The notes under the pieces are model-generated. The model was given only the letters and a program-made list of their open reading frames with translations. It did no database searches and was not told the origin of the DNA. Both the position numbers and the translations under genes were made by a program. 64,000 nt of DNA, from NCBI RefSeq assembly GCF_006345805.1, contig NC_043001.1, positions 22,816,001 to 22,880,000 on the forward strand, given 5' to 3'. The DNA is from Octopus sinensis. Lineage: Eukaryota. Below are positions 11,814 through 23,275 of the stretch, piece after piece; the stretch's first letter is position 1, and the number at the start of each line of letters is the position of its first letter.

Positions 11814-13538
11814 TTATCTCGCGTGTTTGCCGAAAGCATCAAAGTAATATTAGTCATTGACTGATGTTGTTTTTTCATCACTGTTAGCTTTTTGATGTGC
11901 CATACATTAAATATGTTAACACCAGCTTAACCATAGGGCAAACTCAGTTGAAATGCCTATGGCTTATGATAGTTGGCAAATGTGGCGTTCTGTTGAGTTT
12001 CAAAAATGACAGATGTAAGACGCTAGTTCAAACGGCGAATTCGTCTAAGAACTGTCATAAAAATATGTCAGGTATATCCAACAGCATTTTGAAATTCGGT
12101 GTTTATTAGTGCACTGTAATCAAAGACTTGTGATGCGGGAAACAAGAGTTTATCTAAATATTTAAAGTTTCTAGTTACAAACCCGCCCTGTTGTTGTCAT
12201 TAGAAATATATTTCATCTTTGAGGAAATAAAATCGTTGCTGCAGAAAATGACTGTGAGCAGATACTGAATTTGAGTTCGAAGCCAAGCGTAACAGATGTA
12301 AACTTTACTAGCAGAGTGACGTCGAAAATTCCTGCTGGGATTTCTATTTTAATATGATAAAGAAAACAGTTCGTACAGTATTACAAGATCCAAAACTAAA
12401 TAACGATCCTTACATAGCAACTTGTTCAGAAACTTGACAGACAGTAATATTGCAATGAATCGTGTCTGAAATATGAGTTATATAAAATCTGTGATAATAA
12501 ATTTGACGGTAAATTTGTATGTATGTGTGTGTGCACACATTAAACTTGATAACAGGTTATTTAATACTTTCATATGCAACCAGGTCCCGTTTATATACAA
12601 ATAATGTTTCAAAAAGGGCTTACAAGACTTATGGGTACGCAGATATTTGTAGTTATATTAAAACGAGAGATGGGATAAAGACAACATAGTGAAGACAAGA
12701 AAAATATTTGATACAAATATATACATAGAATGCATATCACACGCGCGCACACACAAACATAATAAAACAGGTAATTTAATAATGGTAATTATTTGGCCAT
12801 TGTATAATAATGCAAATATAGGTTAATTGCTATATCTAATAACATGACGATATGTATATATGTAACCCAAACCTCACTTTTTGTCACCCTTCCCAAATCT
12901 GACAGCGTCTTTAAAGGCGACCGATGAACTGATTTGTCCTGTTACTTCAACTACCAACTTTGAAGATATGAAATAGATGCTGTAAAGACATGGGGAGAAG
13001 GAAGCGAAGGGAAAGAAAGTAAAGGGGGAAAATTGTCCAATTTTGTTTAGCCGCGAGTTGACTTATGGGTACTGAAACTGCTGAAAGTAGCAGCCAAAAT
13101 TTATAAATCACCCCTTACAATTATAAATAAAAGCTATATTGAACAATATAGTTGCTGATAGAAAAATGACGGGATTGTCATTAGAGTTTTGTTCGGGTAT
13201 ATACAACAAAGTTTACTGGATGCCAACGTGGGAAGGCCCTTGTGTGAGTGAGTGCTCGACCGGCTGAATACAGCAGCTAAATTCCTTCAATTCACGGTCT
13301 ACCGTCTTAAATTATAATAAAGGTCAACAGAAACTGAAGTCCACACACACATAATCACACACAAACAGATGAAATTACATACATGCATACATACATACAT
13401 AGACACATAAATATACACACACACACACGCACACATACATAGTATAGCGACTAGCATGAAAGCACCTATGGAGGAGAAGGATAAAAATCAATTTCTGAAA
13501 TGACTGTGAAGTCCAATCCTTGGCCTGCCCCATCTGTT

Positions 13539-13572
<34 letters not shown>

Positions 13573-13604
13573 CACACACACACACACACACACACACATG
13601 ACAG

Positions 13605-13691
13605 CCATCTCTGAAGAGGGCAAGGTTGTACAATCAGGCTGTTATCTAATATATCGTTGAAACCCTAGCGTGAAACAATCGGTAAGATCGG
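13605..13691 (+). ncRNA. Type I hammerhead-like motif, partly decayed
   Basis: atct CTGAAGA gggcaaggtt...aaccctagcgt GAAA caatcgg TA agat; stem I atct/agat; lies between (CA)n and (TA)n. Confidence 0.55.
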
Positions 13692-13759
13692 CTGCAATGG
13701 ATATATAGTACTGTACACTTCGATTGATATGTGTGCGCGCATATAAATAAATATATGTA

Positions 13760-13791
<32 letters not shown>

Positions 13792-15065
13792 CGAGGGGCG
13801 TTCAATAAGTAATGCCCCTGACCCACTTCCCATAGCAGTAGAGCAACGACACTTGGCAGAGTTATTAGTCTTTTCCTACATAGGAACTACCCAGAGTTAT
13901 GCATTTCTCCCATCGTTTGATACAGCTCTGGAGACCGTTTTTGTAGAAGACCCCAGCTTGGTGCTCCAACCACGACGTGACTTCAGAAAGAAATCAAGGC
14001 TGCATCATCAGGGAAACGCTTTCCTTTCAAAATCAACTTCATGGCTGGGAAGAGGTGAAAATTAGAGGGTGCAAGGGGAGGAGTTCATAGCTGCACGCCT
14101 GTGCTTCTGATCTGGCGACACGCGAGTTGTGGACCGAAGCGTTGTCCTGCAGGAGGAGGATGCCTTTGCTGATCTTACCCCGCCTCTTGATTTTGATAGC
14201 TTCTCTCAATTTCCTCAAAAGTGAAGCATAATAGGCTCCTGTAATTGTGGTACCCTTTGCCAGGAAATCTGTCATCACTACTCCGTCCTGGTCCCAGAAG
14301 ACTGTGAGCATAACCTTGTCAGCGGAGGGCTGCACCCTTGCCTTCTTTGGAGGAGGTGAGTCACGGTGCTTTCACTGCATTGACTGGGCTTTGGTCTACG
14401 GATCATAGTGATGGACCCAGGTTTTATCCTGTGTGATCAGTCTTTTGAAAAATTTTGACTCATCTTCTTGGCACATCTCCAAATTCATCCTCGAGCACTC
14501 AACGCGTTCTTGCTTCTGGAAAGGTGTGAGCAACCTGGAAATCCATCTGGCAGACACCTTTTGCATATGCAAATGGTCATGAATGATAGTTCCACAGACC
14601 CGGTACTAATCTTGACCTTATGGGGTATTTGGCGAATAGTTATGCGTTGACCTTCCAAAATGGCAGCCTCAACTTGACGGACAGACGTCTCATCAACAGC
14701 AGCAGAAGGGGGCGACCAGATCTGGGAGCTGTTTCCACAGAGTTCCGACTATGTTTGAATTCACAATGCCAGCGTTTTACAAGGTCATATGATGGGGCAT
14801 CATCACCATAAGTTACTTTCATTTCATCAAAAGTCTCCCGTGGTGTGTGTCCTTTCAAATACAAAAACCAGATCACTGCTCGATACTCAACAGGCTCCAT
14901 TTCACACTTGACTCAGTTCAAACACCTGTAAATCAGAAACCAATTAGTTCAGAGGTGTAATTCGCCACTTAATCTATAGAGGTATAAATAAGTGCACATG
15001 CAAAATTTCAGCTAGATCAAACAACTGCAAGTGGGTCAGGGGCATTACTTATTGAACGCCCCTCG
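13792..15065 (-). mobile_element. Full-length mariner (irritans-like), transposase disrupted
   Basis: ~37-bp TIR cgaggggcgttcaataagtaatgcccctgacccactt at both ends, within (TA)n; minus-strand fragments MEPVEYRAVIWFL..PRSGRP and KVMLTVFWDQDG..LLQDNASVH. Confidence 0.95.
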
Positions 15066-15115
15066 TATATATATATATATATATATATATATAAGATCTA
15101 TCATAGCCAGCTACT

Positions 15116-15174
<59 letters not shown>

Positions 15175-15381
15175 TCATGTATACATATACACAGTAATGC
15201 TTCGATATACGACTTAATCTGTTCCCGGAGACCGCCCGTAAAGCGAAAACTCGTAAAGCAGACCGATAATTTCCCATAGTAGCAAAGTCATAAACCGTAA
15301 TTCGTTCCCCGAAAAATATTTTACCAATAAAATTTATAATACTCGTAAATAAATGGCAATAAAACAACATTGGAATGTAAA

Positions 15382-15416
<35 letters not shown>

Positions 15417-15419
<3 letters not shown>

Positions 15420-16137
15420 TGATCGTTGATGATCTTTTTCTAGCATTCTGGCCGGCTACCTAGCAGGCCAGCCCTGCCAATATACACATATATTTGAATT
15501 TTCTCTGACTCCTCAGATTTTTTGAATGCTGGACTACTGGTTTTAAATTGATATTAAAATTAATATTAATTTATCTCCCTCAATTTTTAAATATTTAAAT
15601 AAATACGTTCCCTAGATGTAAGCACTACACTACCCGCAGTGAATTATTCACTGCAGCCCTTCGCTTCAGGATCTCTCAGCGCGCCGGAACCAAGACATTT
15701 GAAATTTTATTCCCGATGTAATCAGTAAGACTAAGCACGTGTCTGTCTTGACACAGAGAGCTGGGGTTAGTCTTGCGTTTGCATCTCGAGGACCGAATGT
15801 ACTGATGAAGTCACGGACACTTGAATTATGCAAGTATTCTTTTGTTAAGACCGAAACCGAGGTATGCATTAAGTCTGTTATTTATATAATTTTTCATATG
15901 TCCTGCCCGCCAAAGTTGGTTCTGGTGTTCGCTGAATTCTTCCTCTAGAGAATTTCCCTTGTAGTTTGATCGTTGATGATCTTTTTCTAGCATTCTGGCC
16001 GGCTACCTAGCAGGCCAGCCCTGCCATATACACATATATTTGAATTTTCTCTGACTCCTCAGATTTTTTGAATGCTGGACTACTGGTTTTAAATTGATAT
16101 TAAAATTAATATTAATTTATCTCCCTCAATTTTTTAA

Positions 16138-16143
<6 letters not shown>
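15417..16143 (+). mobile_element. Non-coding HHR-containing partial-tandem element (retrozyme-like or solo PLE pLTR), period 547 bp
   Basis: ~180-bp direct repeats 15417-15597 and 15964-16143, an internal HHR, and (TA)n on both flanks. Confidence 0.8.
15796..15870 (+). ncRNA. Type I hammerhead ribozyme
   Basis: Stem I aatgta/tgcatt; CTGATGA 15802-15808; stem II (a)gtc...gac(c) with long insertion; GAAA 15853-15856; stem III ccgagg; GUA site, predicted cleavage after 15864. Confidence 0.82.
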
Positions 16144-16168
<25 letters not shown>

Positions 16169-16172
<4 letters not shown>

Positions 16173-16522
16173 GTTATCGCCATACTAATATGGCATTCTT
16201 ATAAAAATAGAAAAAAGCTGTCCGCTTATTAGCTCCATGAGGCCATCGCCTTAAGTTAGCTATTTGATACACAAACTGTATCCATATAACCTTCGAACAA
16301 GGGAGGTCCAGTCGCTCCACACTACTTGACCGGCAGCTACAGAAACGCGTCTGTAGCTGCCGGTCAAGTAGTGTGGAGCGACTGACCTCCCTTGTTCGAA
16401 GGTTATATGGATACAGTTTGTGTATCAATAGCTAACTTAAGGCGATGGCCTCATGGAGCTAATAAGCGGACAGCTTTTTCTTATTTTTATAAGAATGCCA
16501 TATTAGTATGGCGATAACTATT
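16169..16522. repeat. ~354-bp near-perfect palindrome whose apex is a hammerhead half-core (GAAACGCGTC)
   Basis: Arms ~174 bp with about 3 small differences; apex gctacaGAAACGCGTCtgtagc with the motif at 16342-16351; right arm continues as unique sequence to ~16585, then (TA)n. Confidence 0.92.
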
Positions 16523-16585
16523 TTTTCCGGGAACGCTGCCGCTGTTCTCTTTTAGTGAGACTTAGTTATTTTAATATTTCTATTA

Positions 16586-16619
16586 TATAATATATATATA
16601 TATATATATATATCTATAG

Positions 16620-16655
<36 letters not shown>

Positions 16656-16711
16656 TAATTATATACATATATATATACACACACATATATATATATATAT
16701 ACATATGTTTA

Positions 16712-16744
<33 letters not shown>

Positions 16745-17025
16745 TGTATATATATATATTATATATACATATATATATATACATATAAATATAATATATA
16801 ATATATATATATATAGTATATATATACATATACATATATATATATATATCTACATATACATATATATATATATATATACAATAATATATATACATATATA
16901 TATATATCATATATATATATATAATACATATACATATATATATATATACATATTATATATATGTATATTATATATAATACATATACATATATATATAATA
17001 TATATATATGTATATATATATATAC

Positions 17026-17063
<38 letters not shown>

Positions 17064-17115
17064 TATATACCACATATACATATATATATTATAATATATA
17101 TATATTATATATATA
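16586..17115. repeat. Long degenerate (TA)n microsatellite
   Basis: Seen directly. Confidence 0.95.
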
Positions 17116-17230
17116 AAGCAATAAAGATTCAAGTTAATTTAAATGAATTTACTTGAATATGGTACCTAACTTAGATGCACCAAAAAAAGCTATACTGTTT
17201 TAACAATACAGTAATGTGGGGTGATTATAA

Positions 17231-20200
17231 GCGAGAAAGAAGCAACAAGAATGGATAGGTTTTTAGTACAATCGTTTCATACAAGGACAGGCTTTATTAA
17301 AAGTTGCAAAAATTACAGCATATAAACGTGTCCCGTACTCATCAGCTAAAATACATGTGAGTTCTCTAGACATCCTAGTGGTTGAGGCTATACTCATGAA
17401 GTAATGTAGATAATTAAGTAACATAAACAGATTTCCAAAGTTCATTAAAGTTCTTTAAAGATGATGTACAGTCTTATCACAGAATTTTAAAAAGTTTTAA
17501 TAGCATCACAGAGAAGGTGACCTAATCCATAGTGCACATATGAATTTCCAGAGATATGAGGAGGGATTACATACTCACAGACGACAAATTTATCCATTGT
17601 TAATCACAACGAGGTGGGTCTCAATTCCTGCTTATTAGCATTACAGAGAGGGTGAATTATCCTTTGTATAGATGCACAATTTCCAATGTTGTAGATGTAA
17701 ATTTCCAGAGAATGAAGAGGAATTTCATATTCACAGGCGATAAATTTATCAATGGTTGAACACAATGAGGTAGGTATCAATTCTTGTTATATGATTAGGT
17801 ATTTGCCACATTAATCACATTACTGCTATTTACAAGAGGCTGTAGCTATTTAACTTTTAAAGGCTGAAGGGCTTTCTAGAGAGGCAAAGAACAGAAAAGG
17901 GAAGGGAAGAGAAGAAAGAGAGAAAATAAAGGAGGAGGGAGCAAAAAGGGGGGGACTAAAAGAGAAGAGAAAAGGAAAAAGAGAATAAGAAAAGAAGAAA
18001 AAGAAAAAAGAGAAAAGAGAAAGAAATAGGAAAGAAGGGAAAAAAAAGAAAAGAAAAAAAGAGGGTTCTAGTTATACAGAAGAATTAGTAGACGGCAAGT
18101 CTGGTTTTAATTTACAGGCATCTAGGAACTAGAGGAGAATATTATTCTTTGACCAGTAAAAGCTAATTTATTGCTGTTGAAATCAGCTATGAATTTAAAG
18201 AGAATCTAAAGAGATAACACGGTCAGGGGTTTAGGGGTCAGAGGCTAAAATCAAAAGAAAATACATTAGGAAAATCTAAGTATAATCTTATCAAAAGTCA
18301 TTAAAATTTATTTATTTAATTTATTCATTTTATTGTCTTAAGGAGTTGCCGTTATTATTCATACATTGACGGACTACAGGTCAAATCTTAGAAGATCATT
18401 TACAAGGTGTTAGGGAATTGTCCATCATAATGAAGATAATCATATTATCACCGAGGGAGTAGCCTTATTTATTTAATTTTGAAATAGAATTATGGGGCTT
18501 TAGTACTCATTTTATTTTATTAAAGTTATGCTACTTAAATTAGATTAATTAAGAAGAATAATTAAAATTACAAATTAAAATTTAAAATTAAAAATTAAGA
18601 TTTAAAATTATGAGTTTGAAATTAAATAAAGCCTCAATTAAGCAGCGTATAAGTACTATTCATTTCCCTGTTCTCAAAAACTGATGCAGATATAAGGAAA
18701 AAGATAACTGTAGTGTGAGAACTCTTAGTTATCTACTTAAAGCAGTGCTATACTAGTAAAAATCAAGTTATATCTATCTATCTATCTAGTTACGAATATT
18801 CTAATCATTTAAAATATTTAAAGTCTTCAATTTAGCGTGGACACAAACTTGACCTAGTTCGATATGGTTATTCAATAAGTTTCTATGTTTTCTATGCTTT
18901 AGAATTTCATACGTCTCCATGGAGCATAGTTGGCAACCACCGTACTATTTTTATACGGAATTGCTCTCCTAACTATTTCCCAATTAAGATTATAATTATT
19001 ATTATTATTTTTGAGTTCCCAGATTTTGTTTGAAAGTGTGGTGGTACCAGCTTTATGACGTAATTTAAAAGACGAAATGTGATTTCTAACTCTGGCTAGA
19101 AAATTAATTGTACATCCAATGTAAAATATTTGTTATTCCCGTGGATATGGTACATTTATAGATTACATTATTTTCCCCGCATAGACCAGGTGCCGGGCAT
19201 TTTGATTTTATTCTACACTTACACACAGGAGGAACAACTTCAGGTTTTGGATTATTCTTGGGTAGATGTCTTAGGTTCCTATTATTTGATTATCATGAGT
19301 ATAATTGTCCTTATTGTTATTATATTTCTATAGTTGGTGCTGATATATAAAGTATTGCTATTATTTATTGATCCTTCTGTTTCATCATTTAGGTCTAAAG
19401 TCCTACCATGATTTCTTATATTATTGGTAATGTTACTATTATTGTTAGTCTTTTTATCCGACTGCATATTGTTGTTATAGATATCACTGATATTTTCATT
19501 CTCCTTATTTTCTCCATTAGCCTTATTTCTATTATTTCTATTATTAACATTATTACTTCTATTAATATCGGCATTGTTATTATTACTATTAATGTTAATG
19601 TTATTAGTCATTCTGTGGTTACTAATTTCACCTATGTTTTGATAGTTACTATTGCTGTTTTTATTGTTGGTAGTATATTATAATTGCTATTGGTATTCAT
19701 GCTGATATATTATTATTTTTATTTCTATCTTTCCTGGCTAGTTTATGTTGTTATTATTAATCTTAGCTATTAAAGTGGACATATTTGGGAGGGTTGAATA
19801 AGAAATCCTAACTGTTTTCCTAGAAATAATTCTATATATCTATGAGAGATAGGGAAATTTTTTTCCAGAATTACTTTGAATTTGTTCTGTATATCCGATT
19901 GTATCGCACAGTTGAAAGAATATTCAGCCATAATATATCTTTTTTATTAAATTTAGGGTTCGTAGAATTATTACTATTCATCTCACCGGAGTTATTGTAT
20001 TTATTACCATTATTTTTATTTTTATTTGTGTGCATCTTAGGTTTATCTACTTCGATATTATCCGAGTTACCTATGTTCTGGTCAATGCTTCTATTTGAAT
20101 TGTTGGGCCTGTACGTTAGATTAGCGTTTACCGTTAATTTAATTCTACTTTTATTTCGGGCTTGGTCTGTATTGCTGCTTACGTGATTACTGATAACTTC

Positions 20201-20975
20201 TTTATTAGGAATACGTGAGTTCTCCTTATCAACGAATGTAATCTTTTGGTTGTATCCAGCCTTAGTTAACGCCGCATTATAATGCTCAGAATGGGAGTTA
20301 AATATATCCTTATTGGATGATAATTTTGAAATTCTTAATGAAATATTTCTTACTAAAGATTCAATTATATTGGGGGATGATTTGATAATTTATTTACGTA
20401 ATTCGTGACTTCGCCTTCCTTTCTAAATGGGTAATGCAGCTTGGAGTTAAGGTCTAGCGTAATATCTAGGAAGTTAACTATTTTAGTGCCCGGTTCATAC
20501 GTTATACTGAGGTTGAAATCCTTAAAGAACTTATTAATTTTCTTTCTAATCCTTTCTATAACAGGTTTATTATTACTAGGGATAACAAACAGAGCATCAT
20601 CCCTATATAGACCCCCCTGTATTTCTGGGATATCCTTGCTTATGCATTTTAATAGATATGCGCCTACTAGGTTGGTTACCTCAGCCGAATCACTGGAACC
20701 CATTGGTATATCAAAATAATTAGGTGTATCTGCTCTAGTCCATAATTTATCTTCAAATTCTATAAATGTCTTCCTAGCTAGTAGCACAATATTGATTTCT
20801 TCTCTAGATATGAGGGAGCGATTCATGGCAAATATTAGTGATTTGTTGAGTAAGATAGGGGAAATACTAGAGTAATAACTATTAATATCGAACTGAATAA
20901 AGGACAGACTACTAGTATTAGTTACAGAGTTAAACCATTTTAGAACTTCGTCCGTACTTAGCCATAGGTTTAAGG
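17231..20975 (-). mobile_element. Penelope-like element (Neptune-type), 5'-truncated within RT
   Basis: RT motifs IPMGSSDSAEV, GGLYRDDALF, VNFLDITLDL, YVNKLSNHPP; Cys-rich linker C.C..C.C.....CP..G.C; GIY-YIG (VIY...YIG, R..NH, LS..IWELK, CQLC..E); stop at 18805-18807; ~1.5-kb 3' region ending in an HHR. Several frameshifts. Confidence 0.9.
17261..17351 (-). ncRNA. Type I hammerhead ribozyme at the PLE 3' terminus (copy 1)
   Basis: Reverse complement reads ttttag CTGATGA gtacgggaca...tgtccttgtat GAAA cgattg TA ctaaaa. Confidence 0.85.
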
Positions 20976-22652
20976 AAAAAGAGAATAAGAAGAAGAAAAA
21001 GAAAAAAGAGAAAAGAGAAAGAAATAGGGAAAGAAGGGAAAAAAAAGAAAAAGAAAAAAAGAGGGTTCTAGTTATACAGAAGAATTAGTAGACGGCAAGT
21101 CTGGTTTTAATTTACAGGCATCTAGGAACTAGAGGAGAATATTATTCTTTGACCAGTAAAACAGCTAATTTATTGCTGTTGAAATCAGCTATGAATTTAA
21201 AGAGAATCTAAAGAGATAACACGGTCAGTACGCTGCTTAATTGAGGCTTTATTTAATTTCAAACTCATAATTTTAAATCTTAATTTTAAATCTTAATTGT
21301 AATTTTTAATTTTAATTCTTAACTTAATCTAATTTAAGTAGCATAACTTTAATAAAATAAAATGAGTTACTAAAGCCCCATAATTCTATTTCAAAATTAA
21401 ATAAATAAGGCTACTCCCTCGGTGATAATATGATTATCTTCATTATGATGGACAATTCCCTAACACCTTGTAAATGATCTTCTAAGATTTGACCTGTAGT
21501 CCGTCAATGTATGAATAATAACGGCAACTCCTTAAGACAATAAAATGAATAAATTAAATAAATAAATTTTAATGACTTTTTGATAAGATTATACTTAGAT
21601 TTTCCTAATGTATTTTCTTTTGATTTTAGCCTCTGACCCTAAACCCCTGACCGTGTTATCTCTTTAGATTCTCTTTAAATTCATAGCTGATTTCAACAGC
21701 ATAAATTAGCTTTTTTACTGGTCAAAGAATAATATTCTCCTCTAGTTCCTAGATGCCTGTAAATAAAAACCAGACTTGCCGTCTACTAATTCTTCTGTAT
21801 AACTAGAACCCTCTTTTTTTCTTTTTCTTTTTTTTCCCTTCTTTCCCTATTTCTTTCTCTTTTCTCTTTTTTCTTTTTTCTTCTTCTTATTCTCTTTTTC
21901 CTTTTCTCTTCTCTTTTAGTCCCCTCCCCCCCTTTTTGCTCCCTCCTCCTTTATTTTCTCTCTTTTCTTCTCTTTTTCCTTCCTTTTCTGTTCTTTGCCT
22001 CTCTAGAAAGCCCTTCAGCCTTTAAAAGTTAAATAGCTACAGCCTCTTGTAAATAGCAGTAATGTGATTAATGTGGCAAATACCTAATCATATAACAAGA
22101 ATTGATACCTACCTCATTGTGTTCAACCATTGATAAATTTATCGCCTGTGAATATGAAATTCCTCTTCATTTCTCTGGAAATTTAACATCTACAACATTG
22201 GAAATTGTGCATCTATACAAAGGATTAATTCACCCTCTCTGTAATGCTAATAAGCAGGAATTGAGACCACCTCTTTGTGATTAACAATGGATAAATTTGT
22301 CGTCTGTGAGTATGTAATCCCTCCTCATATCTCTGGAAATTCATATGTGCACTATGGATTAGGTCACCTTCTCTGTGATGCTATTAAAACTTTTTTAAAA
22401 TTCTGTGATAAGACTGTACATCATCTTTAAAGAACTTTAGTGAACTTTGGAAATCTGTTTATGTTACTTAATTATCTACATTACTTCATGAGTATAGCCT
22501 CAACCACTAGGATGTCTAGAGAACTCACATGTATTTTAGCTGATGAGTACGGGACACGTTTATATGCTGTAATTTTTGCAACTTTTAATAAAGCCTGTCC
22601 TTGTATGAAACGATTGTACTAAACCTATCCATTCTTGTTGCTTCTTTCTCGC
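20972..22652. mobile_element. Rearranged 5' end of the PLE: 250-bp same-orientation jump segment, then a 1.4-kb inverted copy of the 3' region
   Basis: 20972-21228 matches 17972-18226; 21229-22652 is the reverse complement of 17231-18649. Confidence 0.9.
22534..22623 (+). ncRNA. Type I hammerhead ribozyme in the inverted PLE terminus
   Basis: ttttag CTGATGA(22540-22546) gtacgggaca...tgtccttgtat GAAA cgattg TA ctaaa; predicted cleavage after 22618. Confidence 0.85.
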
Positions 22653-22654
22653 GC

Positions 22655-22744
<90 letters not shown>

Positions 22745-22751
22745 TTATTAG

Positions 22752-22953
22752 TGAATTGAAGAAATGGAGTTGAACGAAGATTGAACAGAAATCCTTTTAT
22801 TGCATTCTACACGTGTTTCGAAACGCACGGTTGCAACACCATATGGTTGTACCTCCAACCGTGCTTTCTTCTGCTGTGATTTTTGCTACCAAGGTATCGG
22901 TTAAACTTTTGATTAATCTGCAACACGATTATTCATCTTTTCTATTTTCACAA
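22752..22953 (-). mobile_element. Internally deleted relative of the 40941-41250 HHR element, in (TA)n
   Basis: Shares gaa(a)tggag.tgaacgaagatt and aaccgtgcttt..gctacc.aggtatcggtta with 40941-41250; retains GAAA cacgtg TA on the minus strand but has no intact CUGANGA. Confidence 0.65.
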
Positions 22954-22970
22954 ATATATATATATACATA

Positions 22971-23050
<80 letters not shown>

Positions 23051-23112
23051 AATATATATACGAAATACTAAATTTCTAAATCTCTCGTAGAGACATGTAC
23101 GGTGGTGGGGCG

Positions 23113-23275
23113 ATAGAATGGTTGTATACTGTCAATCTAACACGAACGTGACAGTAGGGGGTACACCACCGCTGTATAGCCCTAGGAGGCGTCGATGCTT
23201 CCTAGGGCTATACAGCGGTGGTGTGCCCCCCTACTGTCACGTTCGTGTTAGATTGACAGTATACAACCATTCTAT
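23113..23275. repeat. 163-bp loopless palindrome embedded in (TA)n
   Basis: Arms 81/82 bp, centre between 23193 and 23194, three substitutions and one indel; left arm extends with unique sequence to ~23061. Confidence 0.92.

Noticed and set aside
18805-20975. Selenocysteine-recoded (Naiad-type) PLE
   Set aside because: The endonuclease is C-terminal with a Neptune-like Cys linker, and the breaks I traced are frameshifts rather than in-frame TGA codons.
22440-22622. 60-aa ORF MNFGNLFMLL... present three times (also 17263-17445 and 51960-52142)
   Set aside because: Identity is explained by recent PLE terminal duplication. It overlaps the HHR, has a non-ATG start in one copy, and shows no independent coding evidence.
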